From assembly GCA_900543165.1 (NCBI GenBank), contig UQQQ01000003.1, positions 283-64,282 on the forward strand: a stretch of 64,000 nucleotides of DNA. The letters run 5' to 3'. Every line of letters starts with the position of its first letter. Positions within the stretch are counted from its first letter, which is position 1. The stretch is from an uncultured Dialister sp. (GTDB lineage Bacteria > Bacillota > Negativicutes > Veillonellales > Dialisteraceae). The translations under genes and the position numbers were made by a program. The notes under the pieces were generated by a model. It saw nothing but the letters and a program-made list of their open reading frames with translations, did not search any database and had not been told where the DNA came from. Positions 50,305-59,649 of this stretch are shown piece by piece.

Positions 50305-51462
50305 ATGAAACTACAAGACATTCCATCAGCACTGTCCGCCATTGCGGACGAAGGCCGTTTCCGGCGGGTCGAAGACCTGCGGATGGTGACGGCATCCCGC
50401 GGCATGAGGCGGGACGGGAAGGAATACATCGTATTCAATTCCAATGACTATCTGGGCATGACCCATGAAAGCGAAGTCATGGCGGCCGCGCGGCGCGCTG
50501 TGATCTATGGCACCGGTTCGGGCGGTGCGCGGCTGACCTCGGGCGCTGTTTTCGAACTCTCCGAGCTGGAGAAGGCGCTCGCGGCTTTCAAGCACGCAGA
50601 AGATGCGGTGATCTTCAATACAGGCTATATGACGAACCTCGGCGTCCTGTATGCGCTTGCCGGCAAGGGCGACGTGATTTTTTCCGATGCGTTGAATCAT
50701 GCGAGCATCGTGGATGGCTGCCGGATTTCCAAAGCGAAGGTCGTCGTCTATGCGCACTCCGATATGGAGGACCTCACCCGGCTTCTGGCCGAGACGCCCT
50801 GCGAAGGACAGCGCTTCATCGTGACCGATGGCGTTTTTTCCATGGACGGCGACATCTGCCCGTTGCCGGCGCTGCTTTCTTTGAAAAAGAAATACGAGGC
50901 CTGCCTCATCGTCGATGATGCACACGGCGTGGGTGTCATCGGCGACACCGGACGCGGCACGGCAGAGTACTATCACGAGAGCGGCATCGACATCCAAGTG
51001 GGGACGCTCTCCAAGTCGCTCGGCGCCGAGGGCGGCTACGCGGCGGCTTCGAAGGAGATCACGGACTATCTCAGGAATGCCTCCCGCCCCTTCATCTTCT
51101 CCACCTCGATCTCTGCCGTGACAGGAGCGAGTGCGCTGGCTGCGCTTCGACTTCTGGAGGGAAATCCTTCTCTCTACATGGGACGGCTCCGCTTCAATAC
51201 CGCTTACATGAAAGCGAAGCTCTCAGAAGCCGGCATCCCCGTTCTTCCGGGCGATACGTCCATCATTCCGATCGTCATCGGTGATGAGAAGCGGACGCTC
51301 GCTTATGCAGAGGCCTGCCGCGAAGACGGCATCCTTCTCTCTGCCATTCGCCCGCCGACGGTACCCGCCGGTACGAGCCGCATCCGCCTCACCGTCACCG
51401 CCGCGCACACGAAAGATGAACTCGACCGCGCGGCGGAAGTGATGAAGAGGCATTGGAGGTAG
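50305..51462 (+). CDS. bioF: 8-amino-7-oxononanoate synthase BioF (PLP-dependent).
   Basis: 385 aa. PLP lysine region …GTLSKSLGAEGGYAAAS… Located downstream of bioW. Confidence 0.75.
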   Translation: MKLQDIPSALSAIADEGRFRRVEDLRMVTASRGMRRDGKEYIVFNSNDYLGMTHESEVMAAARRAVIYGTGSGGARLTSGAVFELSELEKALAAFKHAEDAVIFNTGYMTNLGVLYALAGKGDVIFSDALNHASIVDGCRISKAKVVVYAHSDMEDLTRLLAETPCEGQRFIVTDGVFSMDGDICPLPALLSLKKKYEACLIVDDAHGVGVIGDTGRGTAEYYHESGIDIQVGTLSKSLGAEGGYAAASKEITDYLRNASRPFIFSTSISAVTGASALAALRLLEGNPSLYMGRLRFNTAYMKAKLSEAGIPVLPGDTSIIPIVIGDEKRTLAYAEACREDGILLSAIRPPTVPAGTSRIRLTVTAAHTKDELDRAAEVMKRHWR

Positions 51463-51520
51463 AAAGGGTTCAGGTTGGCGGGTTCAGGGTGGGGTTACGC
51501 CAATTAGAAATGAGAAATTG

Positions 51521-51684
51521 GGGAAACGCTGATTAAATCGCAGAGTCAGATTCTACAAGAATTTTTATACATAGCTTCGTCATAGCCTTCCTTAAATAGC
51601 TCGCTATTCGCGTCAGGTTATTCCTCGCTATGCATAAAAATTCAAGAGTAAAATCTGACAACGATTTAATCAGTGTTTCCTTAG
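51521..51684. mobile_element. MITE copy 2.
   Basis: GGGGAAACGCTGATTAAATCGCAGAGTCAGATTC…GATTTAATCAGTGTTTCCTTA. Confidence 0.7.
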
Positions 51685-52072
51685 AAATGCGAAATGAAGG
51701 TGGCGGCTTCGCCGCAAGTATATATGGGGCGATGCCTGAAGGCTTTATGAGCGGATGCTATTCTCGTATCGTCAGCCTTCCCCTCTAGGGGAAGGTGCCC
51801 CGAAGGGGCGGATAGGGTGACTATGGTATGAAAAACAGATGAGAAAAGCGGAGGGGTGCGCGGCACATACGGGAAAAACGTGCGCCTCTGACCGCGAATG
51901 ACAAAGCTTTCTCGCTTCGCCCGAAATGACGATGCGGGAGTCTCCCCGTCTCTTAATCTCCTAGTCACCAGTCACTAGTCCCTGGCTACTCATCCCTGTT
52001 TTCAAACTTAGCCCCAGAGGCTAACCCTGAACCCGCTATCCCCGTCCACCCATTTTCAAAAAGGAGAAAATC

Positions 52073-52576
52073 ATGCAAAATGAAAAGGCCATCAGCGCCA
52101 CCAGTGAAAGAAAACTCATCATCGACTGCTGTGAGACTGCGCTCCTTGCAGTCCTGATCGCCGTATCCGGTACCTTCCGCATCCCTGGCATCGTGCCCGG
52201 GACGGAGTTCCAGCTCTCCGCACCGATCGCCGTCGCGATCTGCGGTGTCTTCGGCTTCAAGAAATATATCACGGCGGGGATCCTCGCTTCGCTCATCGGG
52301 CTCTCACTCGGGACAGCGACGCTCCTCAATGTGGCGATCCAGATGTCCTTCCGCTTGGGCGTCGGTGCGCTTTGGCTTGTGACCGGGTCAAACAAACTCT
52401 TCTACATCATTTCCGGCCCCATTGGCACAGCGCTCGCGCGCGTGGTGATGTACTTCCTCCTTGGCAAGGGCCTCACCTTGATGCTCATCGCCGCAGCACC
52501 CGGTATGGCTTTCACCGCCGCGACCGCGTGGATCTTTGCGAAGGTATTCAAGCGCTGCCGGATCAGCGGTGAATGA
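52073..52576 (+). CDS. Small polytopic membrane protein (ECF-transporter S-component-like).
   Basis: 167 aa, 5-6 TM. RBS AAAAGGAGA. It lies next to the biotin genes, but BioY motifs are not convincing. Confidence 0.4.
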   Translation: MQNEKAISATSERKLIIDCCETALLAVLIAVSGTFRIPGIVPGTEFQLSAPIAVAICGVFGFKKYITAGILASLIGLSLGTATLLNVAIQMSFRLGVGALWLVTGSNKLFYIISGPIGTALARVVMYFLLGKGLTLMLIAAAPGMAFTAATAWIFAKVFKRCRISGE

Positions 52577-52622
52577 GAGCAGAGATTAGTGACTGGTGAC
52601 TGGTAGCTAGTGACTGGGGATT

Positions 52623-52669
52623 AAGGAAACGCGGATTCAATCGAACAACGATTGAATCCGTGTTTCCTT
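52623..52669. mobile_element. Mini-MITE / solo TIR pair forming a perfect hairpin.
   Basis: AAGGAAACGCGGATTCAATCGAACAACGATTGAATCCGTGTTTCCTT. Confidence 0.6.
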
Positions 52670-52769
52670 AGAATTAGAGACTAGGAGACATCAGACGGTC
52701 AGACATTTATTTCTAATCCCTAATCCCCCGTCCCCCGTCCCTGGTCACTATATTCCCCTCATAAATCTC

Positions 52770-52990
52770 CTTGACAAGCCTGTTCGTATAGAGTATTCTT
52801 TTGGTCGTAGAGAAAGGGCGGAGCAGTATCCCCGGGAGCTGTATCCGAAAAAGCCCTGACGCCGCACGACAAGTATCGCTTGGATTGTCACTGACCGAGA
52901 CGAATGTACAAGAGCTGCATCCTCTTGGGATGCCTTTTTTATGGCTGCACGCAAAGAGCCGCATTCCTTTTGGAGTGCGGCTTTTTTTAT
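52770..52990 (+). ncRNA. Candidate structured leader or sRNA: promoter (TTGACA…TATTCT), a closed stem GGTCGT…ACGAC, then two tandem intrinsic terminators.
   Basis: GCATCCTCTTGGGATGCCTTTTTTAT and AGCCGCATTCCTTTTGGAGTGCGGCTTTTTTTAT. The class is not recognised. Confidence 0.35.
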
Positions 52991-53294
52991 AATTAGGAAT
53001 GAGGAATTAGGAGGAATGAGGAATTAGGAATGGTGGTACGGCGCATCATCATATGAAGGCGCCGAAGTTTTAAAGAAATACTGATTTCTCGCCATGTATA
53101 AAACTTCAAGAGTAAAATCTGATAACGATTTAATCAGTGTTTCCTTAAGAAAATATCCATTGCTTTTGGCATCGCCCGGTTTTATATTCGCGACGCTTCT
53201 AAATTTTATGCGTCGCACCTTCATTCCTCATTCCTAATTTATGCCATTCGGCATGGATGACAAATGATGCGTTCTTTTTTGAAAGGAAATCCTC

Positions 53295-54539
53295 ATGTTT
53301 TACATTGAAAGCGCTGCACCGGTGAAGAGCCAGGCAGCAGCCAGCGGACTCAAAACGAGCCGCCTCACCTTCTGTGAAGCGGCGATGATGATCGTCGGAT
53401 CCACCATCGGATCCGGTGTATTAGGACTTGCGTATGCTTCGCGGAGAGCGGGCTGGCCGGTGCTTGTCATCTGGCTTGCCGTGGCGGCTTTGATCTCTGC
53501 GGTTTCTATGCTCTATGTCGCCGAGGCATCGCTTAGGACACGCCTGCCCCTGCAGCTCTCGGGGCTTGCCGAGAAGTATATCGGCAAAGCCGGCTCTTGG
53601 CTTCTCTTCTTCGCGGTGGGGGCGACGAGCTTTTGCAGCCTCATCGCCTATACGAATGGCTGCGGGAAAATCCTTGCAGACCTTCTGGGGATTTCCTTCG
53701 AGGCGGGGAGTCTGCTCTTCATCCTGCCTGCGGTCGGCGTCATCTGGTTCGGCCTCAAGGCGACGGGCGTCGCGGAGAAATTCATCAGCAGCGGCATGAT
53801 CGCGATGCTTCTCGTGCTGGCTGGCGCTTCTTTCCTCTCTTCACGCGTGCCGGTGGGGGATATCCTCTACGCGGACTGGACGTATGCGATGCCGATCTTC
53901 AATATCACGGTCTTCTGCTATGCGGTGCAGTACATGGTGCCGGAAGTCGCGCGCGGCTTTGCGCACCAGCCGGGGAAACTCGTGCCGTCGATCCTCGCGG
54001 GCTTTGTGATTTCCTTCGTGATCCTTGCGATCGTTCCGCTCTCTGTCTTCCTGATGCTGCCGCTCTCAGAAATCACTGAGGTCGCGTCGCTCTCCTGGGG
54101 CCGGGCGCTTTCGCATCCGATCTTTTACCTGCTGGTGAATGTATTCGCCTTCTGCGCGATGCTGACATCCTTCTGGGTCATTTCGGAAAGTTTCTTGACG
54201 AACATGGTCGACCAGTTCAAGCTGAAGGATGAATTCCATGTCCCGACCAGGATCGCGATGCTCGCCTTCATCGTCCTTCCGCCATTCCTTCTTGCCTTCT
54301 TCGGCGCGGTGAGCTTCGTGAATGCCATCTTCTTCGCGGGGACGTTCGGCGGCATCATCATGTCCATCCTCCCCGTCTTCATGCTGCGGGGAGCCAGGAA
54401 ATCGGGAGATATGGATCCCGTCTGGACCTGCGGCTGGATCGCCGCCCGTCCGATCCAGCACCTCCTCATCGTCATCTTCTCCGCGGCCGGTCTTTACGCG
54501 CTGGCCAGCATGGCAGGGATGCTTCCGGCGGGATGGTAG
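53295..54539 (+). CDS. HAAAP-family amino-acid permease (aromatic amino acid/serine transporter-like).
   Basis: 414 aa, 11 TM, …IGSGVLGLAYASRRAGWP… RBS GAAAGGAAA. Confidence 0.6.
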   Translation: MFYIESAAPVKSQAAASGLKTSRLTFCEAAMMIVGSTIGSGVLGLAYASRRAGWPVLVIWLAVAALISAVSMLYVAEASLRTRLPLQLSGLAEKYIGKAGSWLLFFAVGATSFCSLIAYTNGCGKILADLLGISFEAGSLLFILPAVGVIWFGLKATGVAEKFISSGMIAMLLVLAGASFLSSRVPVGDILYADWTYAMPIFNITVFCYAVQYMVPEVARGFAHQPGKLVPSILAGFVISFVILAIVPLSVFLMLPLSEITEVASLSWGRALSHPIFYLLVNVFAFCAMLTSFWVISESFLTNMVDQFKLKDEFHVPTRIAMLAFIVLPPFLLAFFGAVSFVNAIFFAGTFGGIIMSILPVFMLRGARKSGDMDPVWTCGWIAARPIQHLLIVIFSAAGLYALASMAGMLPAGW

Positions 54540-54544
54540 AAGAA

Positions 54545-54885
54545 GGGGTCAGGGTTAGCCCCTAGGGCGCAGCGTCCCCTTGATTACGATTGAAAGCCTC
54601 GCTTGAATGAGAAATTAGAAATGAGAAATGCGAAATGGTGGTGCGGCGCATAAAAGTATAGAAGCGCCGCGAAGTAAAGATAGTGGCGATGCCCAAAGGT
54701 AGTATTTACTCACCAGCCTCAAGTGACTGGTGACTTGAATACTACTTTCGGGCATCGCCCTATATATACTCGCGGCGAAGCCGCCACCACCATTTCTAAT
54801 TTTTCATTTCTAATTCCTCATTTGGGCAGAGCTTTCACACGCAATCAAAGGACGGTACGCCCGAGCGGATAACCCTGAACCTGCA
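54545..54885. repeat. Pair of module-A copies in inverted orientation (~140-bp arms) around a heptamer core.
   Basis: GGTTAGCCCCTAGGGCGCAGCG…GCGATGCCCAAAGG // CCTTTCGGGCATCGCC…GGATAACCCTGAACC. Confidence 0.8.
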
Positions 54886-54886
54886 C

Positions 54887-55624
54887 TCACATGACTTTTA
54901 ATGATTCCATCCCAATTTCCAGTGCAGCATTTCTTCCGTAGTAGCCCCAGCCGCGCTGGTCGTGGGAGAGAGCGGCGAGCGTGTCTGCGGTGAAGAGGAT
55001 CTGTGCGAATTCCTTCCCGCGGAAGCGGGCGCACGCAGCGAGTGCTGCGGCTTCCATATCGACGACGTTACAGCCTGCCCTGCGGCGGGCTTTTATTTTT
55101 TCCTTCGTCTCGCGAAAGAAGCCGTCGCTTGTCCATGTGACAGCAGGCGTGAAGGGGATGCCCTTCTCCTTCATCCATGCCTCGATACGAAGGCGCGGTG
55201 CTTCATCGAAGGAAATCCAGTCTCCAGCCTCCTGATAGTGGAAGGACGTCCCTTCCTCGCGGAAGGCTTTTTCTACGGGGAGGAAGGCGTTCTCCGGCAG
55301 GTCAGTGAGCGCGCCGCAGCAGCCTATGGCGAGGATCTTTTCTCCGCCATAGGCATAGAGACGCTCCTCCATCAGAACGGCCGCAGGCGCACCGACGGGG
55401 GCCTGCATGAGCGCGATGGGGCCGGCGGGCGTTTGGATCTCATAGATGGGGAAACTTTTTGTGATCGAGGCGAAGTATCCGAGGGGCACTCCGCCTTTTT
55501 CCATGGCAAAACGCTCGATGCGTGCTTCGCTTAGGAAGGCGAAGAGGCAGCGGGCGGGCAGGCGGAGGGAAAGATGTTCGAAGTCCGGAGCGATGAGCCC
55601 CGGCGCGGGATCAAATGGGGTCAT
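54887..55624 (-). CDS. Nucleoside phosphorylase-family protein (MTA/SAH nucleosidase or futalosine hydrolase-like).
   Basis: MTPFDPAPG… …GCNVVDMEAAALAACA… The track's N-terminal extension (…SLVTSHQPPV) is translated heptamer repeat. Confidence 0.55.
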   Translation of the reverse strand: MTPFDPAPGLIAPDFEHLSLRLPARCLFAFLSEARIERFAMEKGGVPLGYFASITKSFPIYEIQTPAGPIALMQAPVGAPAAVLMEERLYAYGGEKILAIGCCGALTDLPENAFLPVEKAFREEGTSFHYQEAGDWISFDEAPRLRIEAWMKEKGIPFTPAVTWTSDGFFRETKEKIKARRRAGCNVVDMEAAALAACARFRGKEFAQILFTADTLAALSHDQRGWGYYGRNAALEIGMESLKVM

Positions 55625-55668
55625 GATGGAGGCCTTTCTGACGATGACTGGTGGCTGGTGACTGGTGA

Positions 55669-56601
55669 CTAGTGACTGGGGATTAGGAAATGAGAAGTCA
55701 GCTCCTCGATCTGATTTCTCCAATTATCCGTATCGTACTCGATCTGCTCCGACCAGCGGGAGACGGCGCGGAAGGGATCTTTTGTGTGCACGGCCTCAAG
55801 GTAGATGAAGAGCGTACTCTCCTCGGCAAACCGGGCGAGTACGGAGACGGGAACGGCGGGCTGATCCCAGTCTTCGGGGCTGGCAAGGTCCAGCTGGCGA
55901 TAGAGGATGTATTGGTAGATGGCATCCCAGAATCCCGCAGGGACTTTGGGCGGGTGCGCCTTGGCCTCGTTCACCAGCTCTTCGGCGTGCGCCTGCATCC
56001 ATGCGAGGTCCCTTGTCCACGCGGCATCGATGGGCTCCGTGCCTTCCATCGCGCGCAGCATGGCGGATACGGATTTCATGGAAAGGTCGAGGGTGAAATG
56101 GCATTCTTTGTCGGAAAGGGACAGAAGCAGTTCATCCATGAGCTGGGAAAATGTCACGGTCATGCCGTCATACCCGGCTGCTTCCGGATCCTGAAGATCG
56201 AATGTGAGGGGCAGGTGCTCGGCGATCTGTTCTACCGTGCGCTCACAGCAGAGCCCCGTACCCGAGAGCTCGGCGCCGCATGGATATTTGTAGAAACGCG
56301 GGTGCTCCCGGCAGATGTCGCAGAGCGCATCCTCGCCGAGCTCCAGTACCAGACGGCAGAGGCCGGCTTTGTTCAGGAAATGGCAGTAGCCTTTCTCGTT
56401 CAGCGTAAAACAGGTGGAACCATCCTCCGACGTTCCCATCCATTGCCGGATCTCCTGACACAGCGGGCTCTTGAGCGTTTGGTAATAGTCCTTCGTGTCT
56501 TCGTCGATGTCGATCTCCCATGTCTGGCAGCAGGTGTGCCGGCAAGCGCCTGCCTTGCAGCGGAAGTCAGGGAAGAATGTGGGGAAAATGGTCAGGGACA
56601 T
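55669..56601 (-). CDS. YkgJ/FliB-like cysteine-cluster protein (CxxxC…CC).
   Basis: …FRCKAGACRHTCCQTWEID… The C-terminal FLIPSH* is encoded by a CCTAATCCCCAGTCACTAG repeat. Confidence 0.45.
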   Translation of the reverse strand: MSLTIFPTFFPDFRCKAGACRHTCCQTWEIDIDEDTKDYYQTLKSPLCQEIRQWMGTSEDGSTCFTLNEKGYCHFLNKAGLCRLVLELGEDALCDICREHPRFYKYPCGAELSGTGLCCERTVEQIAEHLPLTFDLQDPEAAGYDGMTVTFSQLMDELLLSLSDKECHFTLDLSMKSVSAMLRAMEGTEPIDAAWTRDLAWMQAHAEELVNEAKAHPPKVPAGFWDAIYQYILYRQLDLASPEDWDQPAVPVSVLARFAEESTLFIYLEAVHTKDPFRAVSRWSEQIEYDTDNWRNQIEELTSHFLIPSH

Positions 56602-56885
56602 GGGGATGCCTTCTTTCAAAAAATAAGGGTTCAGGGTTGTGGTGGCGGCTTTGCCGCAGTATAAATAATGGCGATGCCAGAAAGTCTCTTGATAGCAGGC
56701 TTCCCTCGTATCATCAGCCTTCCCCTCGAGGGGAAGGTGCCCCGAAGGGGCGGATAGGGGGTGACTTTGGTAGGAAAGATGAATGACCGAAAGAGCCCTA
56801 ATGACTGGAGTGCCAGCTCATGGCACTGCCATTTCTCATGCAAGCGAGACTTTCAACTGTCATCAAGGACGGCACGCCCCAGGGG

Positions 56886-57296
56886 CTAAATTAACTTTCC
56901 TTCCAGATGATCCATCTCGTGCTGGATGACTTCTGCGACGAAGCCCTTGAATTTCTTTTTCTTCACGCGGAAGAGCTCATCGCGATACTTGATCTCGATT
57001 TCCTCATAGCGCGTGGTCTTTCGCTCGCCGGAAAGGGAGAGGCAGCCCTCTTCGGCCTCATAGGGACGGGCAGCGGAGAGGCGCTCGGGATTGTACATGA
57101 CGACGATATCCTTCCCCTGACGGAAGGCGATGATGGCTTTCGCAAAGCCGATCATGTTCGCAGCGAGCCCCGCGCAGGTGTCTCTATGGGCGGCGAGGGT
57201 GTCTTTCAGGTCTTCGGCGATGGCCTTGTCCTCGCGAGCGGCGGGCGCGGCCTTCTGCTGAAGAAATATGATGTCTTTCACAATGTCTCTTTTCAT
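56886..57296 (-). CDS. def: Peptide deformylase.
   Basis: GLAANMIG, EGCLS, HEMDHLEG motifs. The track's long N-terminal extension lacks an RBS. Confidence 0.7.
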   Translation of the reverse strand: MKRDIVKDIIFLQQKAAPAAREDKAIAEDLKDTLAAHRDTCAGLAANMIGFAKAIIAFRQGKDIVVMYNPERLSAARPYEAEEGCLSLSGERKTTRYEEIEIKYRDELFRVKKKKFKGFVAEVIQHEMDHLEGKLI

Positions 57297-57431
57297 GAGA
57301 TATCCTTTCTGAGGGAGGGGGAACGTGGTAAAATGGGGAAAAGGGGTCACCGGCCTGTTTGGGAGAGTCCTTTTGAACCGGCAGGACCCATTGAATCTGC
57401 TTTTTTCTATTATACGAAAGAAGGAATCATT

Positions 57432-57992
57432 ATGGCAAAGGTTATTGTAATTTCCGGTCATCCGCATCTGGAACGTTCCATCATGAACAAGACCATTCTG
57501 GAAGAATTGAAAAAGGCTGCCGAAGGCGGTGCATCGATCGCGATCGATGATATCGCAGAGAAGGGCTGCTGCCATTTGGATGTGGCAGCGGAGCAGGCTC
57601 TTCTGAAAGAAGCGGACACCATCGTCTTCCAGTTCCCTGTCTACTGGTTCAATGCACCGGCCATGCTGAAGCACTGGTACGAAGAAGTCTTTACTCCGGG
57701 CTTCGCACACGGCGAAGGTGCGATCGGGCTTAAGGGTAAAAAGCTCATCATCTCTGCGACGGCCGGCGCTCCGGACGGCGCGTACAGCACCGCCGGCATG
57801 GGCCATACGCTCGATGAATTCTTCGATAACTTCTATGTCATGGCGGCTATGACCGGTATGGAAATGGCCAAGCCGATCCTAACCTATGGCGCGATGTTCA
57901 TCCCGGGCGTTTCCACCGAGGCTGACAAAGAGAAGCTCGTCGCGCTCGCCAAGGAGCATGCGAAGAAGCTGCTTGAGGAAATCGGGGACTAG
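57432..57992 (+). CDS. Flavodoxin-like fold NAD(P)H dehydrogenase (quinone) / KefF-like.
   Basis: MAKVIVISGHPHLERSIMNKTILEEL… RBS AAGGAA. TAG stop inside GGGGACTAGGGACTGG. Confidence 0.65.
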   Translation: MAKVIVISGHPHLERSIMNKTILEELKKAAEGGASIAIDDIAEKGCCHLDVAAEQALLKEADTIVFQFPVYWFNAPAMLKHWYEEVFTPGFAHGEGAIGLKGKKLIISATAGAPDGAYSTAGMGHTLDEFFDNFYVMAAMTGMEMAKPILTYGAMFIPGVSTEADKEKLVALAKEHAKKLLEEIGD

Positions 57993-58056
57993 GGACTGGT
58001 AGCTGGTGACTAGTGACTAGGATTACTTTTTCTGTTCTTACACGGATTTCCCAACC

Positions 58057-58137
58057 AAAAAGTCCCGCTGCTTCGTAAGAAGCGGCGGGACTTTTTGGTC
58101 TGAAGTCTGAAGTCTGAAGTCTCAAAGTCTCGGTGTC
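58057..58137. terminator. Bidirectional terminator followed by an (AGTCTGA)4 heptamer array.
   Basis: AAAAAGTCCCGCTGCTTCGTAAGAAGCGGCGGGACTTTTTGG, then GTCTGAAGTCTGAAGTCTGAAGTCTCAAAGTCTC. Confidence 0.75.
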
Positions 58138-58197
58138 CAGAAATCCTAATCCCCAGCTATTAATCCCTAGCCACCAGTCACTAGTCCCCAGTCCCCA

Positions 58198-58698
58198 TCA
58201 CAGCGAGAATCCGTCTGTGGCATCGCCCGGTTTATCGAGACGGCGGGCGACGTCTTCGTAGCATTCACCCAGATGGAAGACGAGGACATTCAGCGTGTCG
58301 CGGATGGTCTCGGGGTCGAAGTGTTCGTTCGTGTAGGTCACGCAGACATCGAGGAAGACGTTGTCATCGCTGCCGATCGTGTATTTCACGATGGCATGCT
58401 CCCCATTCAGCTTGTTCAGGAAAGGGACGAAGGTCTTTCTGGCCGGGCCCTTCGGCGCGGTGCCGAGGTGGATGCGGATCAGGGTGTACATGCTGTTGTC
58501 CGTGATGACAGCGCAGACCAGCCGGTGCTTGCCCGCAGGCAGCGCGGTCATGAAGACGACCGTGTCGTAGGAGTCATGTGCATCTTGACGGCGGAAGAAA
58601 TTCAGCCCTTCCTTCTTGAGGTAGGACTCGAATGCATCTGCTTTGAGATTTTTTTTGAAATTGCCTTTCGTCGGGAATGGAATCGTATTGTCAGCCAT
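58198..58698 (-). CDS. Hypothetical protein (YbjN-like?).
   Basis: MADNTIPFPTKGNFKKNLKADAFESYLKKEGL… Start chosen for the AAAGG RBS. Confidence 0.45.
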   Translation of the reverse strand: MADNTIPFPTKGNFKKNLKADAFESYLKKEGLNFFRRQDAHDSYDTVVFMTALPAGKHRLVCAVITDNSMYTLIRIHLGTAPKGPARKTFVPFLNKLNGEHAIVKYTIGSDDNVFLDVCVTYTNEHFDPETIRDTLNVLVFHLGECYEDVARRLDKPGDATDGFSL

Positions 58699-59072
58699 GA
58701 GAGAGCCTTTCTGCACCATGTGCGGAGAAATTTTTAATGTGACTTTATTATAGCGGTTCGAGGGGCAGGGGGCAAGGCTTTGCAGCTGCCTGTAGATCGC
58801 GTTTGAACGCCTCGATTGAATGAGAAATTAGAAATGCGAAATGGTGGTACGGCGCATAACAATATAGAAGCGCCGCGGAGTATAGATGGTGGCGATGCCC
58901 GCTTGAGACGTTAGACTTGGAGACCAGGAGATTTTAGAAGTCAGAAGCCTGAAGTCTAAAATCTGAAGTCTCCCGTCTCCTAGTCTATTAGTCTATTAGT
59001 CTATTAGTCTCTTAGTCTCCTAGTCACAAGTCACTAGTCACACTAGTCACGCTACGCCCCCAATAAATTTTC

Positions 59073-59302
59073 TTGACAATCCTAAAGGCGCTGGCTATAC
59101 TTGGTATAACTTCGAACGAAAGGAAGAACCACCATGAGACAGATCTCTGACACCATGAGAACTGCATATGCGTATGACTTTACCGTCAGCTATTATTATG
59201 GCTGCGGCTATTTGGCGTACACGAATTCTCATGAGCGTATCACCCCTTCCAGATAAGCAGGATAGGAATCGAGGACAGGCCCACGAGAGCCTGTCCTTTT
59301 TT
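59073..59302 (+). promoter_or_regulatory. Promoter (TTGACA 59073-78 / TATACT 59096-101), a 40-codon Tyr-rich leader peptide ORF (59133-59255), and a terminator (59272-59302). This is a candidate Tyr-responsive attenuator for the aro cluster.
   Basis: Leader MRQISDTMRTAYAYDFTVSYYYGCGYLAYTNSHERITPSR has 7 Tyr and 1 Phe, RBS GGAAG. It is followed by GGACAGGCCCACGAGAGCCTGTCC plus T6. Confidence 0.5.
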
Positions 59303-59649
59303 GTTAGGGGAATGGTTCAGGGTTAGCCCGTGGGGTGTGTCGCCCTTTGATTGTGAATGAAACTTTGTCTGAATGAGGAATTAGGAATGAGGAATTAGGA
59401 ATGGTGGTGCGGCGCATAAAAATCAGAAGCGCCGCGGAGTATAAATAGTGGCGATGCCCAAAGGCGGTATTCAAGTCACCAGTCACTAGTCACTAGTCAC
59501 TCCTAATCCCTAATCCCCAGCCACTCATCCTTCATCCCCGCTTTCAAACGTAGTTTGTGGGCGTCCCCTGAATCCATAAATCCATTTCTTTCGAAGAACG
59601 TATACCGTAGGATAGAAGCATTGCCTGAAGGCAAAGAGGAGGAATTCGT

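Noticed and set aside
52801-52992. 63-aa ORF (52801..52992) as a leader peptide for the permease.
   Set aside because: No RBS, and it runs through the two terminator hairpins. The region is better explained as structured RNA.
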